This document shows positions 1 through 9,537 of a DNA stretch of 22,959 bases, piece by piece. Source of the stretch: a virus (taxonomy: Duplodnaviria > Heunggongvirae > Uroviricota > Caudoviricetes); the IMG/VR virus record IMGVR_UViG_2645728010_000003. One strand, given 5' to 3'. The first letter of the stretch is position 1. The number at the start of each line of letters is the position of its first letter. The position numbers and the translations under genes are program-made. The notes below the pieces were generated by a model that was not told where the DNA came from, made no database searches, and saw only the letters and a program-made list of their open reading frames with translations.

Positions 1-258
1 ATGCAAACCGTTATTTTTGGTCGTTCGGGTTGCCCTTACTGTGTGCGTGCAAAAGATCTGGCTGAGAAATTGAGCAATGAACGCGATGATTTTCAGTATC
101 AGTATGTAGATATTCGTGCGGAAGGGATCACTAAAGAAGATCTACAACAAAAGGCAGGTAAACCCGTAGAAACCGTGCCGCAGATTTTTGTCGATCAGCA
201 ACATATCGGCGGCTATACCGATTTTGCTGCATGGGTGAAAGAAAATCTGGACGCCTGA
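1..258 (+). CDS. grxA: Glutaredoxin 1
   Basis: 85-aa ORF with CPYC active-site motif (GCPYCVRAK); sequence recognised as E. coli GrxA; stop TGA at 256-258. Confidence 0.95.
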   Translation: MQTVIFGRSGCPYCVRAKDLAEKLSNERDDFQYQYVDIRAEGITKEDLQQKAGKPVETVPQIFVDQQHIGGYTDFAAWVKENLDA

Positions 259-267
259 TCGTCTGAC

Positions 268-300
268 AAGCCCTCGCGTTGAGGGCTTTACTGATTTTTT
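268..300. terminator. Bidirectional stem-loop between convergent grxA and ybjM
   Basis: aagccctc-gcgtt-gagggctt hairpin followed by T-run (tactgattttttc); overlaps ybjM stop. Confidence 0.55.
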
Positions 301-665
301 CTGTGCTGTGGTTTAAACAAACTACTGATAAATAAGAAACACAGTGCCCCCAGCGCACACCAGAACACCGCGCTTAGTAACCATGCCAGCTCTTGCCAGA
401 ATGAGCGCGTCGGTGAAAAAAACAGCCGCATAATGAGCATCGAACAGGGTGCCGCCAGCATTGCGCCAAACAGAGGTTTCAGGACTTCTCTACGCTGTGA
501 AAAGAAGCTGGCGACTGCTCCAGGAAGAATGAAAAATAGCAAGCCGATTTCAGGATGCCCGGCAGCCCGAAAAGCGCCTTTCATGTGCGTCGCCAGAAAA
601 AGGCACACCACAATGAAGAGGACAAAACAGCAGATTGCCCCCGCCCAACGTTGTTTATGTTTCAC
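288..665 (-). CDS. ybjM: Small inner-membrane protein YbjM
   Basis: 125-aa hydrophobic ORF in the position and orientation expected next to grxA; sequence recognised from memory. Confidence 0.85.
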   Translation of the reverse strand: MKHKQRWAGAICCFVLFIVVCLFLATHMKGAFRAAGHPEIGLLFFILPGAVASFFSQRREVLKPLFGAMLAAPCSMLIMRLFFSPTRSFWQELAWLLSAVFWCALGALCFLFISSLFKPQHRKNQ

Positions 666-934
666 TCGTTCCTCCTGACACTGCGTCTATCGAACACATT
701 TTTCGCCAGTGTGGCGTTCAGTAAGATAAAGCCGCTTCGCATTCCATGCTAATATAGGCCAACGCAATTCATATAGCCGTTGATACCTAATGTGATTACA
801 CTAGTAAAATATATTGTTACTTTACTATCGTTTAGGTGCGCTGAATGAATCTGCGCCCTGAATTCTGGTAAAAAACATTATCGTAAATTACCATTTCTTT
901 CAACAGCTTACTAGTAAACAAGAAGTTAGCCTCC

Positions 935-2620
935 GTGAATATAAACGTCGCCGAATTGTTAAATGGGAATTACATTCTGTTATTATTTGTGGTCCTCGCG
1001 CTTGGGCTATGTCTCGGAAAGTTACGACTTGGTTCGATCCAACTGGGTAATTCCATTGGCGTTTTAGTCGTATCGCTGTTATTAGGCCAACAACATTTCA
1101 GCATTAACACCGATGCGCTTAATCTTGGCTTTATGCTGTTTATTTTCTGCGTCGGGGTCGAAGCCGGACCGAACTTTTTTTCCATTTTTTTTCGCGATGG
1201 GAAAAATTACCTAATGTTAGCACTGGTGATGGTTGGCAGTGCGCTGGTGATCGCCTTAGGGTTAGGTAAGCTGTTTGGCTGGGATATTGGCCTGACGGCC
1301 GGTATGTTAGCAGGCTCTATGACGTCGACACCGGTTCTGGTCGGTGCTGGCGATACACTGCGTCATTCCGGCATGGAAAGCAGGCAGCTCTCACTGGCAC
1401 TGGATAATCTGAGCCTCGGGTATGCCTTAACCTATTTAATCGGTCTGGTGAGTTTGATTGTTGGTGCGCGTTACTTGCCGAAATTGCAGCATCAGGACTT
1501 ACAGACCAGCGCCCAGCAAATCGCCCGCGAACGTGGCCTGGACACTGATGCCAACCGTAAGGTTTATTTACCGGTGATCCGCGCCTATCGCGTCGGCCCG
1601 GAACTGGTGGCCTGGACCGACGGCAAAAATCTGCGTGAACTGGGTATTTATCGACAAACCGGCTGCTACATTGAACGTATTCGACGTAACGGGATTCTGG
1701 CAAATCCAGACGGTGATGCCGTGCTACAAATGGGCGATGAAATAGCGTTGGTAGGCTATCCCGACGCCCATGCCCGACTCGATCCCAGCTTCCGTAACGG
1801 TAAAGAAGTTTTCGATCGTGACCTTCTCGACATGCGTATCGTCACTGAAGAAGTGGTCGTTAAAAACCATAACGCTGTAGGTAAACGTCTCGCACAACTG
1901 AAGTTGACCGATCACGGTTGCTTCCTTAACCGCGTCATTCGTAGCCAGATTGAGATGCCGATAGATGACAACGTCGTGCTTAACAAAGGTGACGTTTTAC
2001 AAGTCAGCGGCGATGCCCGCCGCGTAAAAACCATCGCCGATCGCATCGGCTTTATCTCGATTCACAGCCAGGTCACTGACCTGCTGGCATTCTGCGCCTT
2101 CTTTGTTATTGGGCTGATGATCGGGATGATCACCTTCCAGTTCAGCACATTCAGTTTCGGCATGGGGAACGCTGCCGGGTTGTTATTCGCCGGAATTATG
2201 CTGGGCTTTATGCGTGCTAACCACCCGACCTTCGGTTACATTCCGCAGGGTGCATTAAGCATGGTGAAAGAGTTCGGCTTGATGGTGTTTATGGCAGGCG
2301 TTGGTCTGAGCGCCGGTAGCGGTATTAATAACGGCCTGGGCGCGATTGGCGGTCAGATGTTGATTGCCGGATTGATTGTCAGTCTGGTGCCCGTGGTTAT
2401 CTGTTTCTTGTTCGGTGCTTATGTATTGCGAATGAACCGCGCGCTGTTGTTCGGCGCAATGATGGGCGCACGTACCTGCGCGCCGGCAATGGAGATCATC
2501 AGTGATACAGCTCGCAGTAACATCCCGGCGCTGGGCTATGCGGGCACCTATGCAATCGCCAACGTCCTGCTGACGCTGGCAGGGACAATCATCGTCATGG
2601 TATGGCCAGGATTAGGATAA
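935..2620 (+). CDS. ybjL: Putative AAE-family transporter YbjL (GTG start)
   Basis: 561-aa polytopic membrane protein with central soluble domains; recognised as E. coli YbjL; start codon is GTG at 935. Confidence 0.93.
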
Positions 2621-2732
2621 AACTGAAGTTGCCCTGAAAATGAAATTTTTTTGCACAACCGCAGAACTTTTCCGCAGGGCATCAGTCTTAATTAGTGCCA
2701 CTGCTTTTCTTTGATGTCCCCATTTTGTGGAG

Positions 2733-2776
2733 CCCATCAACCCCGCCATTTCGGTTCAAGGTTGATGGGTTTTTTG
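2733..2776 (+). terminator. Stem-loop plus T-run downstream of ybjL (approximate coordinates)
   Basis: cccatcaacc ... ggttgatggg inverted repeat followed by tttttt; not anchored to an ORF boundary, so +/- a few nt. Confidence 0.4.
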
Positions 2777-2855
2777 TTGCCTGAAATTTATGCTCTTTAA
2801 AATCATGATGTTAGAAGCACTGTTTTTTAACGATGGCGACAAAATGGCGGCAGCG

Positions 2856-3074
2856 TCAAAGAGAGAGCGCCACCTGTCCTGATTTCATTGGATGCGGCTG
2901 AACCGGATTTGACTCTTTTGGCGTTGCAATCGAACGAACAAAAGTTTCATGAGTAACAAAAGTATGGCTGCAGTTAATGTTCTGGCACTGGTTGTAACGC
3001 TCTTTGGTCAATGAAGATACCTGAAAACTGCTGCGAGTATGGGCGGCACTTCCACACAGTGGGCAAATCATCAT
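2856..3074 (-). CDS. ogr: Ogr-type zinc-finger late-gene activator
   Basis: CPLCGSAAH ... CQNINCSHTF four-Cys pattern as in P2 Ogr; internal Met at 3072-3074 gives a 72-aa product (the track ORF has an 11-codon N-terminal extension). Confidence 0.85.
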   Translation of the reverse strand: MMICPLCGSAAHTRSSFQVSSLTKERYNQCQNINCSHTFVTHETFVRSIATPKESNPVQPHPMKSGQVALSL

Positions 3075-3164
3075 TTTTCGAGTTCTCCCCATTTTTGCTA
3101 AATTCACAATAATGATACCGCATTATTCCATTTTGAGAACTTAAAAGTTCTCCATTGCGAAGAA

Positions 3165-3565
3165 TCATTCCATTTCGAAATCATCAATCTTCACTTCAAG
3201 CTCCAGACTGGTCGTAAAACCGTTATCCGGGCTGACAGTATGCGTCAGGGTGGTAATAGTCCATTCCGCATCATCTATCGGCTGTTTAAAGCCACTGACT
3301 TTCACTGGCATTTCCGTGTAGAGATCTGCCCGCCCTTCCGCCAGTTGTAGCGAGAATGACGCAACGCCGCGTTGCAGGCGTTCCCACTGCATTTTCGCCG
3401 CTCGTTCGGCGTTGCTCCGGTTGGCATAAGTGCGATTAAGTACCAGCACGTTTTCATCCGTACCCACCAGGTAATCGCCCTGCTTCGCTTCCGGCTCTTT
3501 CTTCTGCTTCTTAGTTCTGCGCTTACGCTTCACCGTGGTGCTTTCTTTCTTCGCAGGTTCGCGGG
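3165..3565 (-). pseudogene. D: C-terminal remnant of P2 gpD-like tail protein
   Basis: C-terminal residues (NAERAAKMQWERLQRGVASFS ... LELEVKIDDFEME) resemble the gpD C-terminus; only about 130 codons remain, with no native start. Confidence 0.7.
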
Positions 3566-3811
3566 TAACTCTTCTATCAGCGTAACAAGATGCCGCATAC
3601 TGCGCCCCAACCTGTCCAGCTTCCAGACAACCAGCGTGTCTCCTGCCGATAGTGTCCTGAGCAGTTTTTTCAGCCCCGGTCTGTCGGACTTAGTGCCGCT
3701 GATTTTATCCTCAAAAATCCGCTCACATCCCGCGCAGTTCAGCGCACTACGTTGCAAATCGGTGTTCTGGTCATTTGTTGACACGCGTACATAGCCAATA
3801 AGCATGATCAT
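3530..3811 (-). pseudogene. pin: Pin/Gin/Hin-family serine invertase, N-terminal fragment only
   Basis: MLIGYVRVSTNDQNTDLQ catalytic-Ser motif and resolvase core up to about residue 82, then unrelated residues and a stop; the C-terminal HTH domain is missing. Confidence 0.75.
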
Positions 3812-3832
3812 CTCCTTGAATAAAAATCGGGG

Positions 3833-4375
3833 ATGATGCCAGTTAGTCGTAATCGCTGCATTTTCTTAAACGTTGGTTTGGGAGAAGACTCTGCATTACC
3901 TGTTGGGGTGCCTGTTCCGTGGCCTTCAGCCACTCCGCCTACAGGCTGGCTGAAATGCAATGGTGCAGCTTTTTCTGCTGAAGAATACCCGGAACTGGCA
4001 AAGGCTTATCCGACAAATAAATTGCCTGATTTACGTGGTGAGTTTATTCGTGGCTGGGATGATGGGCGTGGTATTGATGCTGGACGTGCCTTGCTAAGTC
4101 TTCAGAATGGAGGAGTGGAATCACACACCCACCAGGGACAGCTCTTCAGAGTCAGTGATTATCGTACAAAAGAAATACCAGCATCAGAAGTTATGGGAAG
4201 AGGATATATTGCAAGCCTGACGCCGGGTGCTGATAGCCCACTTGATTTTGATGATTATTCTGTATCCTCTAATCCAAATGGATATTTTGTCGGGAATCAG
4301 AGAACAACAGCATATGGGGTAAATGAAACCCGCCCACGGAATATTGCATTTAACTATATCGTGAGGGCTGCATAA
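3833..4375 (+). CDS. Alternative tail-fibre C-terminal cassette (Sv'-like), promoterless in the current orientation
   Basis: Tail-fibre tip-like sequence beginning at a conserved GLGE junction that matches GLGD in H; inverted relative to H. Confidence 0.6.
   Translation: MMPVSRNRCIFLNVGLGEDSALPVGVPVPWPSATPPTGWLKCNGAAFSAEEYPELAKAYPTNKLPDLRGEFIRGWDDGRGIDAGRALLSLQNGGVESHTHQGQLFRVSDYRTKEIPASEVMGRGYIASLTPGADSPLDFDDYSVSSNPNGYFVGNQRTTAYGVNETRPRNIAFNYIVRAA
3863..3886. other. hix/gix-like crossover site (TTCTTAAACGTTGGTTTGGGAGAA)
   Basis: Dyad resembling invertase crossover sites; shares a 13-bp core (TTGGTTTGGGAGA) in inverted orientation with 5950-5974 inside H. Confidence 0.45.
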
Positions 4376-4977
4376 TGGATAACGCTGTATTAAATAGCGA
4401 GCTTATTGCCACGAAGGCGGGAAATATTCCTGTCTATAACTATGATGGTGAAACACGGGAATATATTTCCACTTCAAATGAATATCTTTCCGTTGGTGTC
4501 GGCATTCCGGCATGTTCCTGTTTAGATGCCCCTGGCACACATAAGGCTGATTATGCAATCTGCCGTTCTACAGATTTTAACTCATGGGAATATGTGCCAG
4601 ATCATCGCGGTGAAATCGTCTATAACACCGAAACGGGAGATGCCAAAGAAATCACAGCTCCGGGTGATTACCCTGAAAATACAACCACTATCGCACCGTT
4701 AACGCCATACGATAAATGGGATGGTGAGAAATGGGTGACAGATACTGAGGCACAACACGGTGCCGCAGTAGAAGTGGCAGAAGCACAACGCCAGTCACTG
4801 ATTGATGCAGCAATGGCTTCCATTAGTCTGATTCAGCTGAAATTGCAGGCCGGGCGGAAGCTGATGCAGGCAGAAACCACCCGACTTAACATTGTGCTGG
4901 ATTACATTGACGCGGTGACGGCAACAGATACCAGCACCGCGCCGGATGTCATCTGGCCTGAACTGCCGGAGGCGTAG
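4375..4977 (+). CDS. Alternative tail-fibre assembly chaperone (Tfa'/U'-like)
   Basis: 200-aa ORF with Tfa-like conserved C-terminus (DYIDAV ... PDVIWPELP), translationally coupled to the Sv' cassette. Confidence 0.75.
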   Translation: MDNAVLNSELIATKAGNIPVYNYDGETREYISTSNEYLSVGVGIPACSCLDAPGTHKADYAICRSTDFNSWEYVPDHRGEIVYNTETGDAKEITAPGDYPENTTTIAPLTPYDKWDGEKWVTDTEAQHGAAVEVAEAQRQSLIDAAMASISLIQLKLQAGRKLMQAETTRLNIVLDYIDAVTATDTSTAPDVIWPELPEA

Positions 4978-5386
4978 GCCATTCAATATCTGGCACACTG
5001 GAGGTATCAACCAGCTCCAGTGCGTCCAGATAATCCAGCCACGAATTATATTGCGCCAGTTCCTCGCCTTTCAGACGACCAATAGCGGCTTTACCGGGCC
5101 ATTGTTTACTGTTCATGTATTCGTTGGCCTGATTAATTAATAGCTGTCTTTTTGACTCAGAAATTTCAATAAGTTCTTCATGCGTGGGTGAAGGAATATC
5201 TGCCCACGCAGGCATTCCGTCTGCACCTGCAATACGTCGCTTACCCTGCGGAGGTGTCGCCATAAACGACTCGGCACGTCGGGTTTCAATATCTTTTGCA
5301 TCATCAGGCCATGTGCCGGAATCGCGGTATACGGCCTCATTACCAGCCAGATAAAACGCATTTTTTTTAGCACTGTATTTGTACAT
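4949..5386 (-). CDS. G: Tail-fibre assembly chaperone (gpG/Tfa-like), expressed orientation
   Basis: 145 aa; C-terminus (LDYLDALELVDTSSVPDIEWP) parallels the Tfa' C-terminus; immediately downstream of H. Confidence 0.85.
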   Translation of the reverse strand: MYKYSAKKNAFYLAGNEAVYRDSGTWPDDAKDIETRRAESFMATPPQGKRRIAGADGMPAWADIPSPTHEELIEISESKRQLLINQANEYMNSKQWPGKAAIGRLKGEELAQYNSWLDYLDALELVDTSSVPDIEWPTPPAVQAR

Positions 5387-5387
5387 A

Positions 5388-7010
5388 TTATTTCCCTACC
5401 GCAATCCAGAAAAATGAACTCATGCTGGCTACTGGTGCTCCGCCCGCTGTTGGAATCATCAGATTTCGGACGCCGCATCCTAAATTAGTTATCGTTGGCG
5501 CTGAAATTACTGGCGACTGAACTACGTTAGGAAGCGATGCCTGCTGAGGACCAAATCCCACATACATCGGGTATGCAGAGAACGCGACAGGAAACGTAAT
5601 AAAGATCTCTCCAGTTGATGATGGATTGGCTGCCCCCCACTGAATAATCAGACCTGACGGTAATTTTTGCCAGCCAGGGCTGGTCAGGCTGGATGTGAAG
5701 TCATTCATATCCGGAATCTGATTTGCCCCTGAGCCAACATCCCTTTGAGCCGCACTTTTCAGATCAAGATAAGTTCTTAGTTCAGCCTTATCCTTACCGC
5801 TTAAATCTGTCAGTGTCTGGTCTTTTGGTTGCGCATAGTCTTTTGTTGCCAGACGAACTACTGTATTTGTTCTGGCGAATCGCATATACGGGGCATTGAC
5901 GTTACTACTGTCAAACCCTGCAATTTTACATTCATCACCAATTAATGCATCTCCCAAACCAAGGTATGCGAGAAGACCAGCTACATCCTTTCCACTCAAA
6001 TTAGTCAGCGTATTGTCCAACGGTTGTTTACCTGCCAGCGCATTAAGCATTGTCGTGGCAAAGTTCGGGTCATTCCCCAGCGCCGCAGCCAGTTCGTTCA
6101 GTGTATCCAGTGCAGCAGGTGCAGACCCCACCATTGCCGCAATTGCCGATTTCACAAAAGCCGTGGTGGCAATCTGTGTATTGTTAACCGACTGTGCGGC
6201 AGTGGGGGCTGTTGGCGTTCCGGTGAATGCCGGACTTAACAGCGGCGCTTTCAGTGCCAGCGCATTGTTAATGGTGGTACTGAATTTCGGGTCATTATTA
6301 ATGGCAGCGGCAATTTCTTTCATCGTATCCAGTGTGGCTGGCGCACCATTAATAAGGGCCATCAGTGCCGCCTGAACAAACGCGGTGGTCGCAATCTGCG
6401 TGGTGTTATTCCCCTCCGCTGGCGTTGGCGCTTTGGGTGTTCCGGTCAATGTCGGGCTTTCTTTGGGTGCATACTGTGAATGCGGGTCCGGTGCGGCAAG
6501 ATGTTTTGCCATCTTATCATCCACGAACACCTTCAGCTCCAGTACCTTGTCATCCACATACTTGCGGGTTGCCAGCACGACGGCAGGGTCGATTTTCAGG
6601 GTGATATTGTCCGTGCTGCTGGTAATCAGCACCATGCGCACGGTCTGGGTACGCCCACTGCCTTCAGCCAGTTGCGGCTTATAGCTTTCCGGGCAGTTTC
6701 CCACGGCAATCAATGCCCCGGACTCATCAAACAGGCCCACTTCACGTATCCACCAACCGCCCTCATTTTCAGGGATTACCTGTTCAGCAATAATCTGGCT
6801 ACTGTTCTGCGGGTCGATATAGAGCATATTCAGCGCAGCCCGGCGTTTCTCATTCACCAGTGCAGTCTGCTTTGCATCCGGCGTTGGCAATACTCCGCCG
6901 CCATCGCCGACCGCCATATGGGTAATTTTTAAAGGCACACCGAGCGCGGCGGCGCTGGCAAGTTTCGCCGCGCCAATATCCGTCAGCAGGGTATAAAATT
7001 TTGTGCTCAT
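5388..7010 (-). CDS. H: Tail fibre protein (gpH-like)
   Basis: 540 aa; conserved P2 H-type N-terminus, repeated NxxALxxKAPL / TGTPTAP collar motifs, variable C-terminus. Confidence 0.9.
   Translation of the reverse strand: MSTKFYTLLTDIGAAKLASAAALGVPLKITHMAVGDGGGVLPTPDAKQTALVNEKRRAALNMLYIDPQNSSQIIAEQVIPENEGGWWIREVGLFDESGALIAVGNCPESYKPQLAEGSGRTQTVRMVLITSSTDNITLKIDPAVVLATRKYVDDKVLELKVFVDDKMAKHLAAPDPHSQYAPKESPTLTGTPKAPTPAEGNNTTQIATTAFVQAALMALINGAPATLDTMKEIAAAINNDPKFSTTINNALALKAPLLSPAFTGTPTAPTAAQSVNNTQIATTAFVKSAIAAMVGSAPAALDTLNELAAALGNDPNFATTMLNALAGKQPLDNTLTNLSGKDVAGLLAYLGLGDALIGDECKIAGFDSSNVNAPYMRFARTNTVVRLATKDYAQPKDQTLTDLSGKDKAELRTYLDLKSAAQRDVGSGANQIPDMNDFTSSLTSPGWQKLPSGLIIQWGAANPSSTGEIFITFPVAFSAYPMYVGFGPQQASLPNVVQSPVISAPTITNLGCGVRNLMIPTAGGAPVASMSSFFWIAVGK
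5950..5974. other. Second crossover site, inside H at the constant/variable junction
   Basis: TCTCCCAAACCAAGGTATGCGAGAA; inverted partner of the 3863-3886 site; encodes LAYLGLGDA in H. Confidence 0.45.
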
Positions 7011-7612
7011 GGATTCACTCTCATTGTGTCAATAACATGGACCGCCCCGCCTTCATGCGCGGTGCCACCGGAAATAATTGTTTCGTTGATATACGGATAG
7101 ATCGTGATTTCTTCGCCAAGATAGCTGGCGGCTCCCACCCAATGCGGGCCGCTGGTCTGCAGGTTGATGGACATGCCGATCATGTGACGGCTGCATGGTT
7201 TGGCATCGCTTATCAGTCGCTCAAGTTCCAGATAGGTATCTTCAGTGATGCCCTGGTCCTGCACGCCGATATCCAGACGAAACGTGCCCGGTGTCTCTCC
7301 GGTCTGCCACCACTCAATAATGCGGATCAGAAAGCCGAACGGCTCCACCACCCGCCGCACGGCACTGGTGGTCCCTTTATGCTGATGAATATAAAAAGCA
7401 TCCTTCACCACCTGGCGCTTGACACTTTCTGTCCAGTCCTCGTCCCAGCGATCCACAGAGAACGCCCAGGCGAGATAAGGCAGGAAACTGACCGGACAGG
7501 TTGCCGGATTCCACAAGTCACGAAGCGGCACCTGCAGATCAGAAATCCCGCTGCAGGTTTGCGCCAGTCGGCGCTCCAGTGGTGTTGAACCCGGTGGCAG
7601 CAGACTATTCAT
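7007..7612 (-). CDS. I: Baseplate protein (gpI-like)
   Basis: Conserved gpI-like residues (LWNP.TCP ... LPYLAWAFSVDRWDE ... GTFRLDIGV). Confidence 0.85.
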   Translation of the reverse strand: MNSLLPPGSTPLERRLAQTCSGISDLQVPLRDLWNPATCPVSFLPYLAWAFSVDRWDEDWTESVKRQVVKDAFYIHQHKGTTSAVRRVVEPFGFLIRIIEWWQTGETPGTFRLDIGVQDQGITEDTYLELERLISDAKPCSRHMIGMSINLQTSGPHWVGAASYLGEEITIYPYINETIISGGTAHEGGAVHVIDTMRVNP

Positions 7613-8513
7613 CCGTTCCTCCGTTGGTTACGCTCCACTGCGTACATGATGCCGCCTGTGTTTTGTTCAGGACCACATCCGCCAGAGGAGAAGCCAGCTC
7701 CACACGCTGCACACCCTCAACATGCAAGGCGGCAAAGATGGCGCTACGGCGAATATCCCGACCAAGACGCGTCTGACTGGCGATGTACTTCTGCAGGCTG
7801 GCTTTTGCCGCTGCCATTACCGGCTCTGCTTCCGGTCCCGGATAGAGAAAAATGGTGGCTTCCACGCGATACGGGATGATTTCTGCGCTGCGAACCGTCA
7901 GACGGTCAGCCACCGGGCGGACGTTCTCACTGTTCAGGGCTTTTTCCACCACATCCAGCAGGTCTTTTTCTGCTGTTCCGTCGCCTTCACGGCTAAGGAC
8001 AGTCAGTACCACCTCTGCAGGTGCCGGACTGGTTGCACTGGCATCCGCCACCCGACCGTCGGCGCTTCGGGCATGAAATTCATAGGCTGCAGTTGGCCCC
8101 GCAACTGAAAGCCCTTCAAAGGCTGCAGGCACACGCAGGCGTAACGCTTCATCGCTTTCCATCACAGCCGCAACGGGCGGCACAGCGTCATTATCAGCAG
8201 GCGTCACCGTCAGGCGTTTCACGTTGTAGTTGGCAGCGAGCTGGTCAAGATCGCCGCCCATCGCGTAAGCCACCATCACCGCCTGCGCGGCTTCGTTAAT
8301 GCGCTGGCGCAGAAGCAACTCACGGTAAGCATTCTCCTGCAGCAATTTGGTGACGGGTTCAGATTCCAGTTCCAGCGTGCGGATCACGGCTTCCTGCTCA
8401 TCTTTCGGATGAAGCGCAACAAATTCGGCCTTGCGTTCGGCAAGCAACGTCTCAAAGTCCGGCACATCGACAATCTGCGGCGCAGGCAACTGCGAAAGGT
8501 CAATCACTGCCAT
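7605..8513 (-). CDS. J: Baseplate protein (gpJ-like)
   Basis: 302 aa from the internal Met (MAVIDLSQLPAP...); the track ORF has a 13-codon upstream extension. Confidence 0.88.
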   Translation of the reverse strand: MAVIDLSQLPAPQIVDVPDFETLLAERKAEFVALHPKDEQEAVIRTLELESEPVTKLLQENAYRELLLRQRINEAAQAVMVAYAMGGDLDQLAANYNVKRLTVTPADNDAVPPVAAVMESDEALRLRVPAAFEGLSVAGPTAAYEFHARSADGRVADASATSPAPAEVVLTVLSREGDGTAEKDLLDVVEKALNSENVRPVADRLTVRSAEIIPYRVEATIFLYPGPEAEPVMAAAKASLQKYIASQTRLGRDIRRSAIFAALHVEGVQRVELASPLADVVLNKTQAASCTQWSVTNGGTDE

Positions 8514-8859
8514 TCTCTGCTCCTGTTGATACGGAAAGGGAAACAGGCACACCGTTATTACGCCGCCCGGTCAGTCCCACCACCATTGAACCGTCAAAAT
8601 TGCTGTTAATGGTGATGGAATCCAGCGTCAGCCGTGGCTCCCAGCGACTCAGCGCCACATACACTGCCGACATGACCTGCAGGCGTAACGCCGGATTTTG
8701 TGGCTGGTCTATCAGTGCCGACAGCAGGGAACCATATTCACGGCGAGCAATGCGGCTACCCTGCGGCGTCAGCAGAATGTCCCGCACCGACTGGCGCAGA
8801 TGGTCAATATCAGTAATGACTTTGCCGCTGGTATTGTTCATCCCGCTATAAAGCGTCAT
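8500..8859 (-). CDS. W: Baseplate wedge protein (gpW-like, gp25 family)
   Basis: 119 aa, position between V and J, gpW-like sequence. Confidence 0.82.
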   Translation of the reverse strand: MTLYSGMNNTSGKVITDIDHLRQSVRDILLTPQGSRIARREYGSLLSALIDQPQNPALRLQVMSAVYVALSRWEPRLTLDSITINSNFDGSMVVGLTGRRNNGVPVSLSVSTGAENGSD

Positions 8860-9434
8860 ACCGGGCCTCCGGTTGTATCGCCGCCTTTCAGGACGCCAGT
8901 ATGCTGATGCGCATCAACCACGATCCCGTTAGAACTCATCGCTCCGCCGCCCTGGGTAACGCCACCATTGATCACCACTTCGCTGTTAATGCGCGTGCGG
9001 TCAGCCTCCAGTACAAACTCACTGGTTTTCATGGTGATGTTATCAGCGGCCTCAATGACCATTGATTTGATGCCCCTGACATACCAGCGCCCGGTGGCGG
9101 GTTCGTATTCAAACCAGCCACCGTCAGGATGTTCTGTCACGCAGGCGTCCGCCGACGTCGACGGTGGTGCGAACTGATTCGAATAGACAGCGGGCAGCGC
9201 AAAGGCAGTCTCCAGATTGCCGCCCAGACTCAGCAGCACCACCTGCTCACCTTCCGATGGTCGCCACCATGTGCGGGCATTACCCGCGCGCAGCGTCAGC
9301 CAGCTGATCCAGTTGGTTTCAAGGTCGCCCGTTTTCACCCGACAAAGCCAGTTTTCCCGGTCCACTTCGGTGACTACACCTATGCGGATCAGATTGGTGA
9401 TAAGGCGCATGATTTCGGTTAGTTGTGCGTTCAT
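8856..9434 (-). CDS. V: Baseplate spike/hub protein (gpV-like)
   Basis: Starts at internal Met (MNAQLTEIMRL...) at 9432-9434; the longer track ORF extends into the divergent moron. Confidence 0.85.
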   Translation of the reverse strand: MNAQLTEIMRLITNLIRIGVVTEVDRENWLCRVKTGDLETNWISWLTLRAGNARTWWRPSEGEQVVLLSLGGNLETAFALPAVYSNQFAPPSTSADACVTEHPDGGWFEYEPATGRWYVRGIKSMVIEAADNITMKTSEFVLEADRTRINSEVVINGGVTQGGGAMSSNGIVVDAHQHTGVLKGGDTTGGPV

Positions 9435-9537
9435 AGATATATGATGACAGCTGAAAACTTGTTTATAACTTCTTGCAAATTGTGGTATCGATGGTACAAA
9501 TTGATAAAAGGATAAAAAACAACCAATAGGTGGATAA

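Noticed and set aside
131-678. ORFs 131-358 (-), 433-678 (+) and 555-752 (+) overlapping grxA and ybjM
   Set aside because: They lie antisense to or inside well-supported genes, have no RBS and low-complexity products; typical shadow ORFs.
970-1915. Minus-strand ORFs inside ybjL (970-1185, 1317-1703, 1724-1915)
   Set aside because: Antisense to a conserved, recognisable transporter gene; Arg/Pro-rich products typical of GC-rich antisense frames.
2856-3168. Long form of the ogr ORF (start 3107) and overlapping ORF 2974-3168
   Set aside because: The Ogr zinc-finger domain begins at the internal Met at 3074; the upstream extension and the overlapping frame have no support.
3372-3794. 140-aa + strand ORF across the pin'/D' region
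   Set aside because: Antisense to the recognisable invertase and gpD fragments; Leu/Ser/Arg-rich shadow frame.
5896-8907. Numerous + strand ORFs (for example 5896-6375, 6480-6932, 7001-7588, 7722-8108) inside H, I, J and W
   Set aside because: All are antisense to conserved structural genes on the minus strand and have compositionally biased products.
9481-9498. Second TGT-N12-ACA dyad upstream of V
   Set aside because: Its centre is only about 56 nt from the V start codon, too close for a -55 activator site with a normal leader; several chance occurrences of this motif are expected in 23 kb.
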